From Neoechinorhynchus agilis (Eukaryota > Animalia > Acanthocephala), in assembly GCA_051530055.1 (NCBI GenBank), contig CM121341.1:2718151-2782150 (forward strand): DNA of 64,000 nucleotides, given 5' to 3'. The translations under genes and the position numbers were made by a program. Below the pieces are notes generated by a model that worked only from the letters and a program-made list of their open reading frames with translations, was not told where the DNA came from and searched no databases. Shown in pieces: positions 23,786 through 37,030 of the stretch (position 1 is its first letter; every line of letters starts with the position of its first letter).

Positions 23786-24556
23786 ACCAACTTTGGAACT
23801 TTATTTCAAGTCCAATAAAAAAGATAAATATGAAAATTGTTTCATTGATTTGTCAGTCGATTCTAATCTTCTATTTTTTCCCGAAGAAAATACATCATCT
23901 ATTGAGCGTTTTTATTAGGGTTCACTTAATCTCGGAGCAGAAATCATTCACACTACCGCTCTTAATTACTAAGCTGCCTTCCTGGTGTAACGGTCGAAAG
24001 GACGAATGCAGCGCCCCCCGTGTTGCACAGCCAGACTAATGTTTTGTAGGAGCAATGCTCCTGCTCTCGGATCGCCAGTGAATTGTCTCAATCTCTTCGA
24101 CTATTGATTGGCCATGTTCTCTGCGGCGGTACCAAACGATCCGAGTGTAATCACCATCTTAAAAACGATTAAAAAATCCAGCAAACCAACGATGTCACTA
24201 AAGTGTTGAAGTGAGCATCCTTACTCGGTTTTTCCTTTAGGCATACAGCTCACCGATCTGTGTCATACAATACTCTGACGCATGCTGTTGTGAGTTTTGT
24301 ACATCCCTCCGGGTAGTTTCCTCTATTCAGTGAGGTATTTCGTCCCCTTTTTTGAACTTCTTAACCCACTTAAACAGGGATTTGGGGCTACACAACTACG
24401 GAATGTACAAACTCTGCCAGTTTTATACCTTAGGGTAAGCGTTCAATTTTTTAGTGTTTTCTGGGAAACCGGTTATATTAATTAAGTGTTTTTGTAGAAC
24501 ATTTCTTAATGCGCTTTTTCCTTTAGGCACACAGCCCACGGATCTGTGTCATGGGA

Positions 24557-25031
24557 GAGTGTCTGCGCTGATTAAAGTCGCTGTCAATCAATCTCACAAC
24601 TGAAGAAGATACGGCACATGAAATAAGGAGTGCTAAATTCGTTGGGATCGCTGAGACGAACAAGGCTATAATCTAAAGCAAACCAGAGGTCCAAGTATTA
24701 ATATCAGTTGAAAATGAAGGTTGTGGCGATGGCGAATATCCCATATTCCTCTACCGTTGAAATAGGCTTCTTAACCGAATTTAACACGATATTAGCCTTT
24801 GAGACCTTGGCTTCATCATGTACGTGGCTTTGGCGTCGATGCTTGCGGCGACAGTGCCTGTAGATTTGGCTTACTTCGTGTATTCAGAGATAGCAACCTA
24901 TTAGAATACATTATCGCATTTCCAAAATACGAGCTTGACCAATGTAAAAGATGCTGTTTAGATTGCCTCTGTCTGTACCATGAATTATGGTGTCCGAAGT
25001 TAGAGAATTTCTCCAAGAAGAATTGCAACTT
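24557..25031 (-). pseudogene. Duplicated block (second copy 39897-40390) with a possible decayed aminergic/muscarinic GPCR TM1-TM3 fragment
   Basis: The duplication is clear. The minus strand gives NIVLNSVKKPISTVEEYGIFAIA...DLWFALDY, and VAILDGIL in the 40 kb copy, resembling muscarinic GNILV..S.K..LxTVNNYFLxSLA...DLWLALDY. Stops are present. Confidence 0.35.
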
Positions 25032-25374
25032 GCGAAAGTACAAAGAAATTCATCAAATTGTGACTTTCAAAAGGCGAGATAGAAGGATGGCTTTAAATGA
25101 GCAAAATGAAGTTCAGAAAATAAAGATTGAATAGGACGCTATTGAAACAAACGCTGTGAACGAATACAAAAATTTTGATTTCAGTAATTATAAAGATTTT
25201 ATTAACACCTTATCATCAAGGAAATGCTATTATCCTTAAAAAAATGGGATAGTTGTTAACTTTTTTGGTCGTAGTAACTGCTACCTTACTAAGAAAGTTA
25301 CGGTCCAACAAAAGGTCTAAGTAACACCTGAACGAGTAGAAACAGGAGCAAACGGAGGAACTCCATCAAAATTA

Positions 25375-26660
25375 ATGAACCCTCCGATTCATTTCTGTAA
25401 TGATACGCCTTCTCCAAACCCGTCTTCTCCAACCCCGCCCATCATCCCTCGCCGCTTTGAGTTCGCATCATGCACTCCTCCATCGAGGATAGATATCGCA
25501 CCATATTCATTTCTGGAATGCCGGAAGTCCCTATTGCAGATCCTGTTGCCGCCCATGCACACTACCGCCACCAAATCCTTCGAATCGGTCAACTCCTTTT
25601 CCTCAACATTCACTCTACTATTCTTCCCCATCAACAGTTATACGAATTCCCTCCAAAAATCCCTTTAACCCGAGACCACGCCTCCTCAAAATAACTTTTA
25701 TTTCACCATTCGTAGCCTCCCTCTTTCTTAACAAGAGATTCAAACTCCTTACTTCTCAATTTTCTTTTCGTATCTATCTACATAAGAACTCATCGCAAAA
25801 TCTTTCCATCGTCCCTCCAAACTCAACCCAGATCTCATCTTTCCAATGTAACCCGTCATTTTTATCTAGCACCCCCGAACATCCCCCCCCAATCCAAAAA
25901 ATCGAAGAATAAGCGACTTCCCAGTCTCTTTGATTACGTGCAACTCCAGCGGCGCCCGAATAACCACAAAGGTAAACTTCCCAGTCCTTCATAATTAAAT
26001 ACTCTCTTTTTTCCGAATCAAGTAAATAATTATCGCTCTACCTCTAATCAAAATGACCGTAGCTGATAAATACAAAGTTCCAACCTAAACTCATTTCTAT
26101 CATTACCAATCACTCATCCCAACTCAAATTTTCAAGTGGCCCCCGGACTTCTCTCTTTGGGATAATCAATCGTTCTTTATCGGCATCCCGTAACGATTCC
26201 TCCCTTAACCCATCACCCGCAACGAACAACGCAACCCCAATCTCCCTCACTTTCGCTCCCCCCTTTTGCCGAAATCCAAAATTTGCTTACCCACCGTTTT
26301 TTACTCCAATACTCGTAGCCTCCTTCCTAAACTTGATGAAATTTCACTCAGTTCATCTATCTAAAAAGCCGACGTAGTCAACTTAACAGAAACGTGGCTT
26401 ACCTCCTTCAACAGCAACTCAGCCATCCTTTCCGGGTACTCTTCCTTCCATACCGCGAGGACCGCCCAGGAGGGGGGTTTCAATTTACATACGGCAATCG
26501 CTACCTTACTCTTTATCTCTCACAGGCTCTCTACAAAACCCTGATCTAGAATTCATCACAGTCGATCTATTAGCTCCTCTGAGAAGCGGCCTTAGAGAAT
26601 TCACCATTGCTGGCGTCTATCGCCCTCTTACCTCTCATAAATTACCTTTTTCTATCAATT
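25375..26660 (+). mobile_element. L2/CR1-like LINE 5' fragment (ORF1 end + APE start)
   Basis: IFISGMPEVP ORF1 motif; FYSNTRSLLPKLDEI...VNLTETWL and IAGVYRP, matching the APE at 19000-19700. Confidence 0.7.
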
Positions 26661-26689
26661 ACCTTTTTCACAGTTAAATCCTTGAATTT

Positions 26690-27060
26690 TCGAACTTACA
26701 AGTTCAATTTTAAGTAACTGGTGACATGAAGTTGTATTTTCATTAACCGATAACGTAACTTCAACTTTATCGAATTGCTTTAACGATATTGAAGGGCATG
26801 CTTTTACGGTATGGCACTTATCGTTATCGTCTTGCTCGAACCACTCATCGACGTTCACTGTTGTCTCAATACTATTTGGGGAGATAATCTTCTTCGTCAA
26901 ATAGAGCATAGCTTCCAGGCCAAATCGTGACACCCACACTTTCAAAGCGGTCGGAAAAAACGGCAAAATGAAGGCATCTTCTTGAACAACATTCTTTTTG
27001 AAGAAAATCAAAGTGCTAAGGTTTACACTAGCAGTTTTCAACCTTTTTTGTGGTCACGAC
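26690..27060 (-). mobile_element. Possible Tc1/mariner DDE transposase remnant
   Basis: LKVWVSRFGLEAM...WFEQDDNDKCHT resembles VW(G)..S..G and FQQDNDPKHT. No TIRs seen. Confidence 0.35.
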
Positions 27061-27106
27061 CAATACTTGGTTTGTCATTAATGTTTTTAGTACAATTCAT
27101 GTGATG

Positions 27107-27710
27107 TTGACTTGTGGTGAAGATACTCCCGGTTAAAAATCATTTTATTATTAGGAAATATTTCGAAAGAGGAAGCCTCACCTTCTCAATCATCAAGAAA
27201 GGTTTTTGATTATTCTCTTCCTATGTTTTATTTAGTAGGCTCGGGTTGACAGGTTCGCTACTTGCAATGTTCGTGGTCTGTGTGCCCGCTCGTAAACCCT
27301 GCACTGTATCGTGTGTCCTATTGATTTTAGCTAGGTCACTGGCAGATAGTTTAACGCTAAAATTCGCCCTATTGCCTTCCATTGTATTGGCCGCAGAGAT
27401 GTGTGTAAGGCCTTAAGGACAAGACGCCTTCGAAGATTTGGCTTCTCTATTCAGTGCCATCAAAATCTATACGATGTTGCATAGTTTCTTGATGGTTTGA
27501 AATCGCAGATGAGCGGTCGAACCGTCGACAGGCTTGTTTATGTTGGGTAACTCTTTTCAGAATGCTCTGCATTGTTTGGACGGTGTATACCTTGTCACAT
27601 TGAGTGCACTCTATTTTATAAACACCCTGCAAGTCGGATCATTGTGTACCTCCCTCTTGAAGGTGTTAGTGAGAGTGCTGCCTACCGGGAGTATCTTCAC
27701 CACAAGTCAA
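27107..27710 (-). mobile_element. 5'-truncated Penelope-like element: GIY-YIG endonuclease + pseudo-LTR with inverted tail
   Basis: GVYKIECTQCDKVY.VQT...R..QH...SAI..H...H.IDF and RRRLVLKALH. Perfect 27-bp inverted repeat at 27107-27133 / 27684-27710. Degenerate hammerhead motif at about 27145-27190. Confidence 0.75.
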
Positions 27711-28239
27711 AATTTAACACCCCGATGGATTTTCTCGATATGATTAATGTGATGGTTCAAGATCATATTATAAGAAAGGCACCTCCTCAGCCAATACATT
27801 ACATTTTCAAAATTGAAAAGTTTCCATTAGTACACTTTTGATACCGTGCTTAATTTCATTACTTGGGTATCTTATTTTTGTTCTACAATATTGAATCTAC
27901 TTTTAAAATTCAGTAAAGTGGTAGTGAGATTTTTGGCGTACAAAAAAGATGCCCTTGACCTTAATGATGGGGAGCCAAACGCCTCCAAAGTTGAAAATCA
28001 CTGGTTTACACTATCCCTGGACGCATATTGAGTCTGCCTGTGTCGTTCATTCAGAGCAACGCATTGTCTATCAACACTCGCGGGACCAAGCATAGCTAGG
28101 CTTGAGTCTTCTAAATGATGGTTGGCTACAAGCAGTCAATGGACAATTATATCGGCGTGTACCGACGGATTAGTGAAGTGAAATGCGTGTATATATCACT
28201 CGCAAGTCGTAGTGTTTAAAGTTAAGGGCAATGTCATGA

Positions 28240-28756
28240 TAACCGAAGCTACAAAATAAGAAGATCGATCGTTTTAACATAGGATCCAATATTTGAAAGG
28301 TCTATCATTGAGATCCGAAAGGAGGTCTTTAAGAGAAAGCAGCATATAGTCGACATGAAGACCTGGAATTCGAAGGTTTATCCAAAGACAACAATCGCTT
28401 CTGGATGCTGATTTATTCACACAAAAAAGATTAAATACCGAATCGAGTCAAGTATCTTCTAAAGGAACAACGGCAAAAAACGCAAATACTGAAATGTCTT
28501 CGTCGATATTTTGGTCTGCATCGTCGTCGTCCGCGTCAATTATCAAACTACCAATTGGATGCTGTTCGATCACCAAATCCGTAAGCTTTCCTGCCACATC
28601 CTCACTTTCGTTCTGAAGCGATTTTTTGAACTCGAATTGCCTAACAAGAAATTGAATTCCGTTACGAAATCGTTCAGATGGAGGATATTGGTCGAACTCA
28701 ATGACAATCAATTCGCTAGAATTCACTTCGTCCTCTACTTTTGCGTTCTTAGGCAT
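28240..28756 (-). pseudogene. BCCIP: BCCIP/Bcp1-like pseudogene fragment
   Basis: IVIEFDQYPPSERFRNGIQFLVRQ...KLTDLVIEQHPIGSLI...DEDISVFAFFAVVPL matches the BCCIP N-terminal half. In-frame TGA at 28448-28450 and frame-disrupted downstream remnants (IQKRLL; LLSLKDLLSDLNDRPFKYW). Confidence 0.75.
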
Positions 28757-29301
28757 CTTAAAGGAAAAGCTCTGCGTTCTTCGCTGATTGGTCAAACGGA
28801 AATTTTGGCGTTTGGGCCTAAAGTATTAAGAGCTTCAGCAAACAAGCGATAAAAATGAAAAACTTGGAATTTATTCAAATGACCATGGATATTTCTACTG
28901 AAGTGCGGGACTAATATCAAAGAACTCATGTACTTTTCATCCTAAACAACTCTGGAGTCCTATGGGCAAGAAAATAACTACAAAAATTGATAATTGCAAT
29001 GAAGGTGAATATCATCGGCATGTCCCTGAAGGAAATTCTTCGTAAAATTGCTTTCTAATTTTATCTAAAGCAATTAATTTTGGTTCGAAACAATAGATTC
29101 TGTTTTTGCTAATAATTTGCCGATTTACGAAGAAATTTTAGTTGAAAAGGCGAGTTTGTTCTTCAATGAAATTTTATTAGAAATTATAGACACGTTCTTT
29201 ATTATCAAAAGACGTCTTAATCCTTAACTTGAACTCCCTGATGGCTTCCATTTATCCATCTGATTTAAGTTTCTAGATCACCATTTCCGATCAACGGAAA
29301 C

Positions 29302-29757
29302 TCATACTGATTCTCGGTGGCCGTTTGCCATCACTTGATTCTCCTGTTCGTAGATTCTTGAATTGTTCCGTTGAACTACTTCAGATACATTTCCATTTAG
29401 ATGAGGACGCTGAATCCTTAATTCCTCGACAATTTGTTGTCGTCCTTTTGGTCGCCACAGTGGACCACTCGTAATGCTATCACTGATCGCCCAAAACGAT
29501 TTCCTCGGTCTTCCTCGAACAGGAATTTTCCTGAATCTTCGACAAAAAGACAGTGTATTCCTGATTGCTCCTTTCCATGACTTGCTATCTGTTCCTTGTT
29601 TGAAATATGGGAAATTCTCCTGAATCCATACGTAGATTTCATTGACCCGCAATCTTCCTGTCAAACTGTTCTCGATCGCTGCTTCTATTAAATCCGCATA
29701 ACTTGCGTGGTCCCATTCGCTGATTGCGCCGTTAACTATTTCTGCAGGGGAATGCAT
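29302..29757 (-). CDS. 151-aa forkhead-domain protein, FoxO-like, copy 2 (in duplicated block 28924-30193)
   Basis: Protein identical to copy 1; two synonymous nucleotide differences. Confidence 0.85.
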   Translation of the reverse strand: MHSPAEIVNGAISEWDHASYADLIEAAIENSLTGRLRVNEIYVWIQENFPYFKQGTDSKSWKGAIRNTLSFCRRFRKIPVRGRPRKSFWAISDSITSGPLWRPKGRQQIVEELRIQRPHLNGNVSEVVQRNNSRIYEQENQVMANGHRESV

Positions 29758-30193
29758 TTGATCGGGGTCAGAACAACACCAAGAGAGAGTTCACATTGAA
29801 CAGGTCCGAATCGTTTGGCTTTATCCGTAAATCGCTGTGAACAAATAATGGTAAATAAATGGACAAATATTTATCAGCATCGAGGTTGGTGTTTTGGATA
29901 CCATTTTGTTAGAGTTCTTTGCTTTGTTGACTTAAAATGTGCTTATTAAACTTCGTTTCTTGGCAGATCGCCGAAGATCAACTGATTAATCAGCGTTCTA
30001 ACTTTTTTGACATTAAATAATGATTCTTATTAATCGATTATTTAATAAAATCAATATTTAATTTTGTTTTTATTATCGGTCTCGGTCAATGGATGCGCCG
30101 GCGCCTCGTTAAGATTATAAAAGTGGACGAAGGAAAGGAGAACAAGTAAATAAAACTTTTCGAAGTGTTCTTTTCTTAATCGCTCTTTCAGTC

Positions 30194-33100
30194 AGGTTGC
30201 GGTGGGCGGTGGCGAACGGCCACCTAAAACACAGCAAGCATTGATTGATCAAGCTATTAGTCAAGCAGCGCAAGCTCATCTAAAAAGCAAGGATACTGTT
30301 CAGTACCCTTCCATCCAATCCAATTCGAATTGCAACTCCGAGACCTATCTGGATCTTCCAGTCAAAAGTTGGCCGCATGTGATCACAATTTCGTCTTCTC
30401 CTTGCGATAACTCCGGCGTTACTATTTCTACTGGCAACTATGACTCCACATTTCAAGTTTCTGGTCAGTCTTCGGATATTGGTTTGTCCGATAGAGAGGA
30501 GTTCGAAGCAAGGTTTCGGTGCCAGATTCTTTTTTTCTTGAAGTCAACAAAAAGCGGCAAATCTATACCGAGAGCAGTTCTTAAGGCCAACGTGGACACA
30601 AGAAATGAACTTGCAGCTCAACGATGTTTTTTCAAGAAATGGAAGTTAAATTCCTTTCCAATGATATATCTAATCAGGACGATTTTCATTTCCCGCGATG
30701 CAGCGGATGTCAAAAGTGAGGCCGCTGGTCACAGAAATGTCCGAACAAATCTATCGTTTGTCCGTACTGTGCTTAAAATCAGTGTAGCGAAAAATGCCCC
30801 AAATCGGCGGAATTATGTGCCAACTGCGGTCAAGCAAGTCATTGCGTTTTTGCAAGGTAATGTCCGGAATTCAAGAAGTATGTAATATGGTCGGAACACC
30901 AAATTTTAAAAAAGACAACCCCCGACACCGCCTGTCACCAACGACCTTCAGCCTCTTTTCAACGTCCTGCTCCGTTTCGGGAAATCATTCGTCCGGATCC
31001 GTCTCCATCAAACAGCACCAACAAGGAAGTTGCTTCGCCATTAGAAGCGCAATTTTCTGAATTCACAGCCAAAGTTATAAAAATTGTAGATCTGCGGATC
31101 AATACAGCCATTCAGCATCTTAAAACACGGCTTTCTAAGGACTTCGAGTCTATGATTTCTGCAAATAAATGTGGTTTAAATCGTGCCGAATCACATAGTC
31201 CACCTTGTTCCATTGTACCAAAGAAGAGAGAAAAAAGCGCACACAGCGGACACTGCAATCGATTCCTCTACGGATAGCGACATTGCGGATAACGAGATGT
31301 TCGTCAAAAGGATAATCGCTGAACAAGCGAAGATACCAAATGATCAAATACTAGTTGGTGCCGAAGCAAAACGTTATTCGGCCAGCAAACAAAAGGGCAG
31401 ACCCCGATGAACGTGCGAGGTAAGTTGAGCAACAGTGGAATTCAGGTGGGCGAGTGGGAATTCCCAGATTACAATCCGAAATTATAAATAGCGACATCAT
31501 TTTATTACAAGAGACAAAATCGCTTTATTCCTCAAACTTTTTAGCAGTTAATCTTCCCGTGGATTATTTACCCTTTTTAACTCCTCCTATTTCCAATCAC
31601 TCCCAAGGGTTACGTTACGTTTTTAAAGCTTCTCTTTATCCGCTCAAGCTTTCAGAATTCACTTCGCCTGACCTGTCTTATTCCATCTTTTTTATACGCT
31701 ACGCGGGAACGAAAATTTTAATCTGTAATATATATGTTAGGCCCCGGAAAATTCACTTGCATAGGACTAAACAAATTCTTAAAAATCTGCTCGATTCCAG
31801 AGTGGACATGCTCTTCGGAGATTTTAACGACCCTTCTCATAAATGGGTCAAAGCTATTAGCCGATCAACCGAATTCCACGACCTTATTTTTCTACCACCT
31901 CGCACTTTTGCAGCCAATTTGGATATTTGTTTCTTCAAGAGAACCTGTCCCTTCAAGCCATCAATCGTCTCGTAATCTTCCCTTTTCCCGCTTTCGGGGC
32001 ACGACCTAATTGTTTGGAGCTTCGATAAAAACGTGCTACTCAACAAAAGATTTAAATTATCGGTTCTCAACATCAATCCTTTTAACTACTGGTTCGAATT
32101 TTACAGCAGTTACTGCAGAATTTCTATCTATCACCAGTATTTCGTTTCTTACCACAGTCCAACGTTCGTATCCTGGATTCCAGAAACCTAAACTTTTGTC
32201 TCTATACGGAAAAGAGCTCCATGGGGCCAAGGCGTGTGACGACAAGGCATCGGTTAAATTCTGGGCATCTCTATATTGGCCTTGTAGGACCCGTTATCAG
32301 CTAAGTCAAGACACCAAAAGACTTTCCTCGCTTAAGTCTTATTCGTCGCCCTGGTGAAAGATCATTTCCCAGAAACGGTGTCGTCCGTGGTGAACGACCT
32401 CTGGTTCATGTATTAAAAGAACGGGGTTCGATAAAGTAATTGAATCCCTTATCTCGGAGCACTCCCAAGGGTGTGTCCTCTACGTCAACGCTCGATTTTA
32501 TCCCTTTATTAAGTAGGAGATTGGATCTAAAGTCAAGCGATATCGTTAATTGTTGGCTATCAAAAAACCTACCTTGCAACAACGGCTTGCCTTTCAAAGC
32601 TACTAATGTTTTACATCAACGCAATATAGTTTATCTGGCTCAACGTATGATTTGGTCTTCTCCCGAGCAATGGACATTTTCCTTATAAAGAATCGACGTA
32701 AATCCGTTACCTCGCCGAGCAATGCCAGGCCTATTTCCATTCAAAACTCCCTCGTTTGGATTTACGAGCGAGCTCTCTCTCGTTTCATTTTAAAATTCTC
32801 CCTGGAGCACATTTGCATAGACAATCGCTGTCACGGCTTTCTACCAGAAAGATCCGTACACACGGCATTCAAGGAAATCTTAGACAACTTCTCCTATAAC
32901 CCTCATTCGATGAATATTCTTCTAACTTTTAACATTCATAAAGCATTCGATAGCATAAATATCGAGTTTGTGATACACATTTTAAGATCTTTTAACTTCC
33001 CCGTCAACATAATCGCCCGTGTAAATAATATCCTTATTTCTAAATCGTTTTATTTTCAGCTCTGTTATTTCGAAACGCGTGGGTCTTCCCCAGGGATCTC

Positions 33101-33570
33101 CATTATCGCCAATTTTATTTTGTCTAGCGTCCCAATATCGTATTCAGAATTGTTCTGTCTGCGGTTCACTTACAATTAACGCCGATGATCTTACAGCTGT
33201 ACAATTTTTCTAAAAATAACAATTCAACGAGGGAATATTTAATAGATCCCACGATGTTTTTTAAAATTTAATTTCTTTACTTGATTGATTGGAATTACCG
33301 TGTTCTCTAAGATTTCCGGTATCTTCTTCGAGTTATGAAGCAAAAAACTGGAATTCGTTTCCTCGGATACATTTTAAAGAAGAAGAGGCACACTGATCCG
33401 ATTCACGAGCTATACACAATTAAGTGCTTTCTGTCTAACAGAGAGCATTTCGGACATCGATACAGGACACCAAGAAGTGAATCGTTCAAAATAAGACAGT
33501 CTGTCACCGACTTGAACACTTCTCCGTTTGCAATAAAGCACGAGAGCTTCTGCAAGAATAAATGTTGATC
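30194..33570 (+). mobile_element. APE-RT LINE family X, near full length, degenerate
   Basis: ORF1 (KSWPHVITI, FEARFRCQILFFLKS). ORF2 APE: QWNSGGRVGIP...LLQETK, CNIYVRP, FGDFND, LDICF. RT: RPISIQNSLVWIYERAL, CHGFLP, NIHKAFD. Confidence 0.8.
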
Positions 33571-33656
33571 TCTTTTATGTAAGAAGGATTTATACCACGA
33601 GTAATTCAGAATGCAAACTCACTTTCGAAGAACATTTAAGCTAAAAGTTTGTAAAT

Positions 33657-34310
33657 TTATTCTGCTGATTCTATAAAAATGCTGAACCTTTCAATTTTTC
33701 TACAATTTAAATCTTTGAAGACTTTAAAATTTTTTGTTACCGGGATTTCGTGGTGGCGGTTGAGGAACGGTGCCAGCAGACAGGCGCTAACCATGTTCCC
33801 GTGAATGGCCTCAGACAGTCGATCTGGGAAGGACCTCTTGTCCCACCAGTTGAGCCACCAGCTTTGTATACGAGCAGTTATTTCGGGTTCGACGGAATTT
33901 GTCATATTTACTTCGCTGCCGAGATATTTCACTGTTCTTCTCATCGTCAAATTCACAACTTCTAACTTTAACGCTTCCGGTCCCATGCATATGGTCTTCA
34001 ACCAGTTTACCTTAAGATCGTTAGTTCCCAAAACCTTAAGTCACCCTTCCAGACTTCGCTGAGCCTCTTCACATGTTTCAGCTGTCACAATCAAGTCATC
34101 AGCGGACAATAGCGCCCATGGAGGCTTTCGGGCGATTTGTTCAGTACTCAAGACATCCGTGGTCATGACGAATATCAACGGGCTGAGGGCTGATCCCTGA
34201 TGCAATCCAACTATAACCTCAAAATAGTTCTGGCACAAGTGCAGGATCTTTCGGCACGCCCATATTAGGTCTCTCGGCACTGTATCATATGCCTTCTCGA
34301 GGTCCACGGA
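33657..34310 (-). mobile_element. RTE-clade LINE RT fragment (overlaps block A copy 2)
   Basis: DLEKAYDTVPRD, HQGSALSP, ALLSADD, KYLGS. Confidence 0.8.
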
Positions 34311-36419
34311 TGTTGGACTACAACGATTTCAATGTCCAGCCATCCGCCCTAACAACGTTTTATAAAAGCCAAAATTATTATGTTAAAGCTTTAGATTGGT
34401 GTTCTAAGGCCACAGGAAACAATTAAATGGTTGAATTCCTTTCTTAACAATCGATTACAATTTATGGAAATAGGCAGCTTCGCCTCGAGCATCTTGGCAA
34501 TCAACATGGGTTCCCACTAAAGAAGAAATGGTCGCATACCAATGTTTTAGAAGTATAAAGTAAACCGAAAACGTACAAATTGGAAGTAAAAGCAGAAATC
34601 GTATAAAAAGGTAGAGGACCATAAAATTAAACGAATATGTGAAGAAGCGATCCCAAACCGCGATTAGAGCTCAGCTGAAACATCGCGTTTAAGTAGTGGG
34701 TTCATTAGAGTAGAGGATACTGTATCAAAACCAATTAATATTGAAGAAATAAGTGCTTTACCCGGAATTTTAGGATGTATTAAGAAAGTACTCCAGTCCT
34801 TAAGTCCCAGTTTGAATTGCCAATCTGGTGATCTCGTTTTATCCCTTACCCATTCGCTCTAACAGGTCACTACATCAGTCTACTTTGAAACTTTATCAAG
34901 CTTTTAGATGGAATTCGTATGGATGAGGTCGCCTAAGCCGAACGTCGGCTTCTTTGGTAACTCCTGATCTGGTCTGCGGAGGGAAAACCCCTGGCTTTCA
35001 GATGCCTAACAAAGAAGCTTCCTTTAATGAAAAGACCAACTCCAGCCTTTTATAATGCTGCAACGATGGCTCAGACAACTCTGAAACTATAAAAGTACCA
35101 GCAACCTGACAATGTACTCTGGCGTCCATCAAAGTTGCAAGGAGCGCTCCCGAAGATTAAATGGACTACATCGAGGCGTAAACTTTTTGAGATTTATACA
35201 ACGAAGTTGAAGAGTCAAAATCTGTCAGGTTTGCACCAAAAAATGACGATCGACGTATAAAAATTATAAGCGCGTTTCTTTCGTTTTTTCGTGGTTTTTC
35301 GCTTTCAGCGTCGAAACGACGGCGCACGTTGTTTCGGAATTTTGGAGATGCGTCTTCGTGCTCTTCTCGTGAATGATTTCAAACGAGCTCGGGCGAATCG
35401 GTTTCTCAAGCTAAAGATGTAAGTAAATTCATAAAAGTTCAATTGGATTTTCATTAACGTTTTGGTAATTCTCCTTAACTGAGCGGATATTAACGCTTAA
35501 TATTTTTAATTTTATAATTTTTCAGAATTACGATACTTTATGAACGAGAAGTCCTTTTGACATTGCAATCGTGGACCATTTGGACTTTGGCTTATAATAG
35601 CAGACTTTTTCTTGTTGTAATGAATCTCAACTGTAATTTCGGTTACTATCGCAGCGCTTAGTTGCTCCAAATTTTAATCCTAAATCAACCTTAAGTTACA
35701 CATTAAACCTTGGATCAAATGTTGATAGCCAAACTTCAGCATTCGCCGATCCAAGTTGATTCAACTGCTGGCGATTTATAAATCCCGCACCTCGAAGACC
35801 GGAAAATAAGCTTTGCTCATCGCTAAGATACTGATCAAGGCGGGACATTCAAACGTAACTGAATTCCCTTGAAAGCTTTCTAATGCAACAGCAGTATTTT
35901 GCAATATCCCCCATGGTATCAACAAACTTTGCAGCGTTCGTCTTTATTATACAGACCAATTGAAACTGGTCTCTTATTTGCGGGAACTTGAAATGATGTC
36001 AGAATTAAAAGCAGTCGTGCCATGGACTGCTTCCAACTTTTAGGCTTCCATGATAATGTTTTTCCCGTGCAACACCTTCGCTATTTAATCTCGATCGTCG
36101 AACGGCTTTCCAACGTCACTAGTGAACTCTAATCGACATCTTCAACTCGTTCACGCAAACGAGTGATTTTCCTCGTCCATTCTTTTTTCCCGATATAGGA
36201 AAGTTTTCGATTGACAACTGCGTTGCATCGTTCACACGAGATTTCATAAACGGCGTTTTTTTTAAGTTTTACTGGCAAGCCGGTATTGTTATCATCATTA
36301 AATTTTAGTCTATCCCTTTCTTGTCCGGCTTAGTTTTTAGGCATAAAGCCAAACAATAACATCAGAGAAGTGATATAACCACGTAGTCTCTAATGCACGG
36401 TTAAGAGTTTGTACATTCC

Positions 36420-37030
36420 TCCGGATCCTCAGATACCTAGAAACTCACTTTTCACCGCCTCCGGCAGGTGCTCAAGAGTACGCAGTATGCGCAGCCAGGC
36501 CTCTGGCGCCAGCCTGCAGTTGTGCTTTCTCCTTTCCGCTCTTGCTATTGCTGCACGAGTCCTTGCCCCCGCCCAGTTCGGATGCCCTTCTTTGCGTTTG
36601 TCGCCAAACACAAACAACCCCGGAGACAACACGCTTTTTATTGTTTCTCCGCAACAGCTGGGTCTACGACTCATGACCCTCCTCGCTTCCGCGAAGCCTT
36701 CTTTGAGGGTCCTATGTTTAGCGTAGATGAACTGGAGGCTGCATCCGCACCCTCCGCAGTACGTTCTTCGCTGAGCCCCGTCATCGCCGGCGCCGTTGGT
36801 GGACTCGCAGCCGTCTGTCTGGCTTTATGCCTAAAAAAATAAGCCGGACAAGAAAGGGATAGACTAAAATTTAATGATAAACGGCGTTGCTACGGCCACA
36901 GAGAGATATTTTCCCTCGTTCTCCCTTCGTGTCCCTGCATGTGCCCGGCGAATACCTGCACATAATGTATTATTTTGGACATTCGCTAGGCGATTTATGA
37001 TGTCCTGTCCTCGTCTGTATTCAGCGCAGG
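36420..37030 (+). mobile_element. Probable RTE-like LINE C-terminal remnant (GC-richer island)
   Basis: Across frames LRYL...LFTASGRCSRVRSMRSQASGAS...QFGC and RCYGH...RRIPAHNVLFW, resembling the FKYLGS...DG.C..EI..RI...LLYGC...LRW.GH thumb motifs. Confidence 0.4.

Noticed and set aside
36468-36842. Link-domain plus transmembrane protein (HAFYCF...VIAGAVGGLAAVCLAL)
   Set aside because: Only a few residues match, the start is non-ATG, and another frame fits a LINE RT thumb region better.
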